This document shows, in pieces, positions 61,991 through 64,000 of a stretch of DNA of 64,000 nucleotides. The translations under genes were made by a program, and so were the position numbers. The DNA lies in the NCBI GenBank assembly GCA_030704615.1, contig CM060734.1, positions 37,138,001-37,202,000 on the forward strand, given 5' to 3'. The notes under the pieces were generated by a model. The model was not told the origin of the DNA, ran no database searches, and saw nothing but the letters and a program-made list of their open reading frames with translations. This DNA is from Takakia lepidozioides (Eukaryota > Plantae > Bryophyta). Within the stretch, counting starts at the first letter, position 1. Each line of letters opens with the position of its first letter.

Positions 61991-64000
61991 ATGAACATGT
62001 GAATATTTCAGCCTAAATCCTAAACCTGTTTCCCTTTTCTCCATTGTGCGGACCTGATCTGAGCCTTCTATGGACTTCTTCTTCCCTGAATTTCTTGCAT
62101 CCTTGTGCATATTTCATATATACACTGTACAAGGATTAGCAATGAATTCGCTCCGGCATGGTAAAACATACAATTTAAACTGATCCATCCAAACATAATT
62201 ATACGTTTACTATTAGTAATGGCTCCGTCGTGAATCGCTAACATCCAGTTTCAATGTCATTCCTCATTTTGTCAAGCGAGGTATACAGGGATTTCACCAT
62301 TTCCACATTGCTGAGGCCTAGAGGGCCGACCTGTGACATACAGACAAGTTCAATATCAGCATATGGATGTCCCGACAAAAAGCCCAGTAGCCTTAAACTC
62401 GGGCTTGCAATATTACTTGTTAAAGGTCATCTTGTAAGAGCTTTGTAGCTCGTCCAATCAAACAAAGGCAAGTTTACTGCAGCTAAAGTTTGCTATCCTC
62501 ATCGAAGTCGAACCTCACTTGATATAGAAGAAGATTAGCTGGCGACACAAATGTTGTGGTCGAGTAGTGTTAAGCACTTGCCGAGGTCTAGAAAAAAAGT
62601 TCTCATGTGTGATGAACTTTCACCACTAAATCAAATGGAGGCGGTGGGTCGAAGAAACACGGAAAAATTCAGACCAGGGAAATTCCCATTTGACATTCCT
62701 CTTCTCAAAAGGACTTGTTCGACTGACCCGAGCAGGCAAACAAGATCACAGTTTTCAATGTAACAACAGTTGAAAACATGAAATTGAAGAGTAGAAATGT
62801 TTTAACAATAAAGGAAGGATCAATTACTTGGTACCTTTGTGCTCAACTGCTTGGCACAGAGATTAGTTGAGAAGTCATCATAGAGTTCCATTCGCTTATA
62901 GAAGATTTGCCACCTCTCTATCAAAGTCTGCACAGCCACTAATCAACTAGGCCTCCAATGTTTTCACGCCCTCCTAATCCTAAAGATCTTGTGCCTTCCT
63001 AAATAATACAAGCAGTTTTTTGATATTAGTGGTAAGGTGTGCACAAACTATTTCCAAAAATCTGAAGTATCTTCTGAGATCTCATCTGTGCTGAAGGACT
63101 ATGAGAACTCACCCGCATTTCCTGAATGTATGATAGCTTTCCTTGCCGGTCAAACTGTCCAAACTTCCTTCCCTAGTGTACAACCCACACATTTGTTAAA
63201 AACTAACCAAAGTACAAGAACTCAAGCTCGATTTTTTCCCTATCATTTTCTTCTTTATTTCATTTCATTATATTCCCTACGTAGTGTTCGCTTAAATAGC
63301 TTAGTATTTTTTTGTGACTCTTGGTCGTAAAGTTCTTGGTCCCCATATACATGAACATGATTGTCTTAATTTCTAGTTTTGATGAAAGTGTAATTTGTCA
63401 AATCCAATCACATTCTCAATCCTGACAAAGTTCTTGCTTCGCAGAGACTAAATGTATGTACAAAGATCGGTTTTTAATGAAAATCTGAAAATACTTTACT
63501 AGTGTCGCACCCACCAGCTTAAGTAGAGATTTGTAATCAGCTTGGAGACGTCCAATTTCTATGGTCACTATGTTGGAGTCAAAGAAGGCTTCTGGTCCTT
63601 CTGCGGGGAAAGATACGCACACGATAGGACATGCCTTCCTTCCTTTTCTACTCTCTCTTTTAGACAACCATGATCCTCCTGGAGAAACCAACAGAAGGAT
63701 TGTAAGCAAGTGTCGAGATTTTGCATTTGTACATGTATCCATGCAATATAATTACATCTTGTTCAACGGAGATCTGGCTCGTATGGACAACACCAACCGC
63801 TCGAGGGATTCTTGAGGAGGTTCACGACATAAATTACCTCTAATTTTTTTGTCATGGTTGGTTGATATAAACAAGATTTAAATTAAAGATTGCACTAGCT
63901 AGAGCCTGTGGATCGAGAGCTCTTAAATGTTGTATGGAGGTAGTACTTAAGTAGAACAGAAACAAGGGACTGAGATACTCAATAAATTTCCCGTGATATT

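Noticed and set aside
62000-64000. Short ORFs that may be old transposon debris
   Set aside because: No diagnostic motif recognised.
1-64000. CRISPR arrays, rRNA or intact tRNA genes, prokaryotic operons
   Set aside because: None seen; the window is intron-rich eukaryotic DNA and its repeats lack repeat-spacer regularity.

Overview
Eukaryotic nuclear DNA from a land plant. Intron style and transposon types suggest a non-seed plant, probably a bryophyte (inference). Three recognisable host genes are present. (1) A 5-exon gene on the minus strand (670-5784) for a long acidic, disordered protein with a C-terminal HPD J-domain. (2) A PLS-class PPR gene on the minus strand (24877-26983). Its upstream exons (to about 29240) are a decayed organellar transit peptide plus OSB-type PDF ssDNA-binding motifs, and its E2 motif is also broken. 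(3) A 22-exon ATXR3/SDG2-like H3K4 methyltransferase on the plus strand (31915-49011, about 2982 aa), head-to-head with the PPR gene. Between 9 and 24.6 kb lies a locally duplicated block (about 9100-12180 versus 16050-24560) carrying an unrecognised small spliced gene family. It is interrupted by a truncated Ty1/copia element with a half-tRNA-iMet primer-binding site. The last 14 kb is transposon debris: L1-type LINE fragments, a TIR-bounded MITE, and a remnant element encoding a SWIM zinc finger and a ParB/Srx-like (DGNHR) domain next to a CACTG-type end. The most interesting items are the PDF-motif/PPR fusion and the ParB+SWIM element. All gene models were read by eye and no database search was run.
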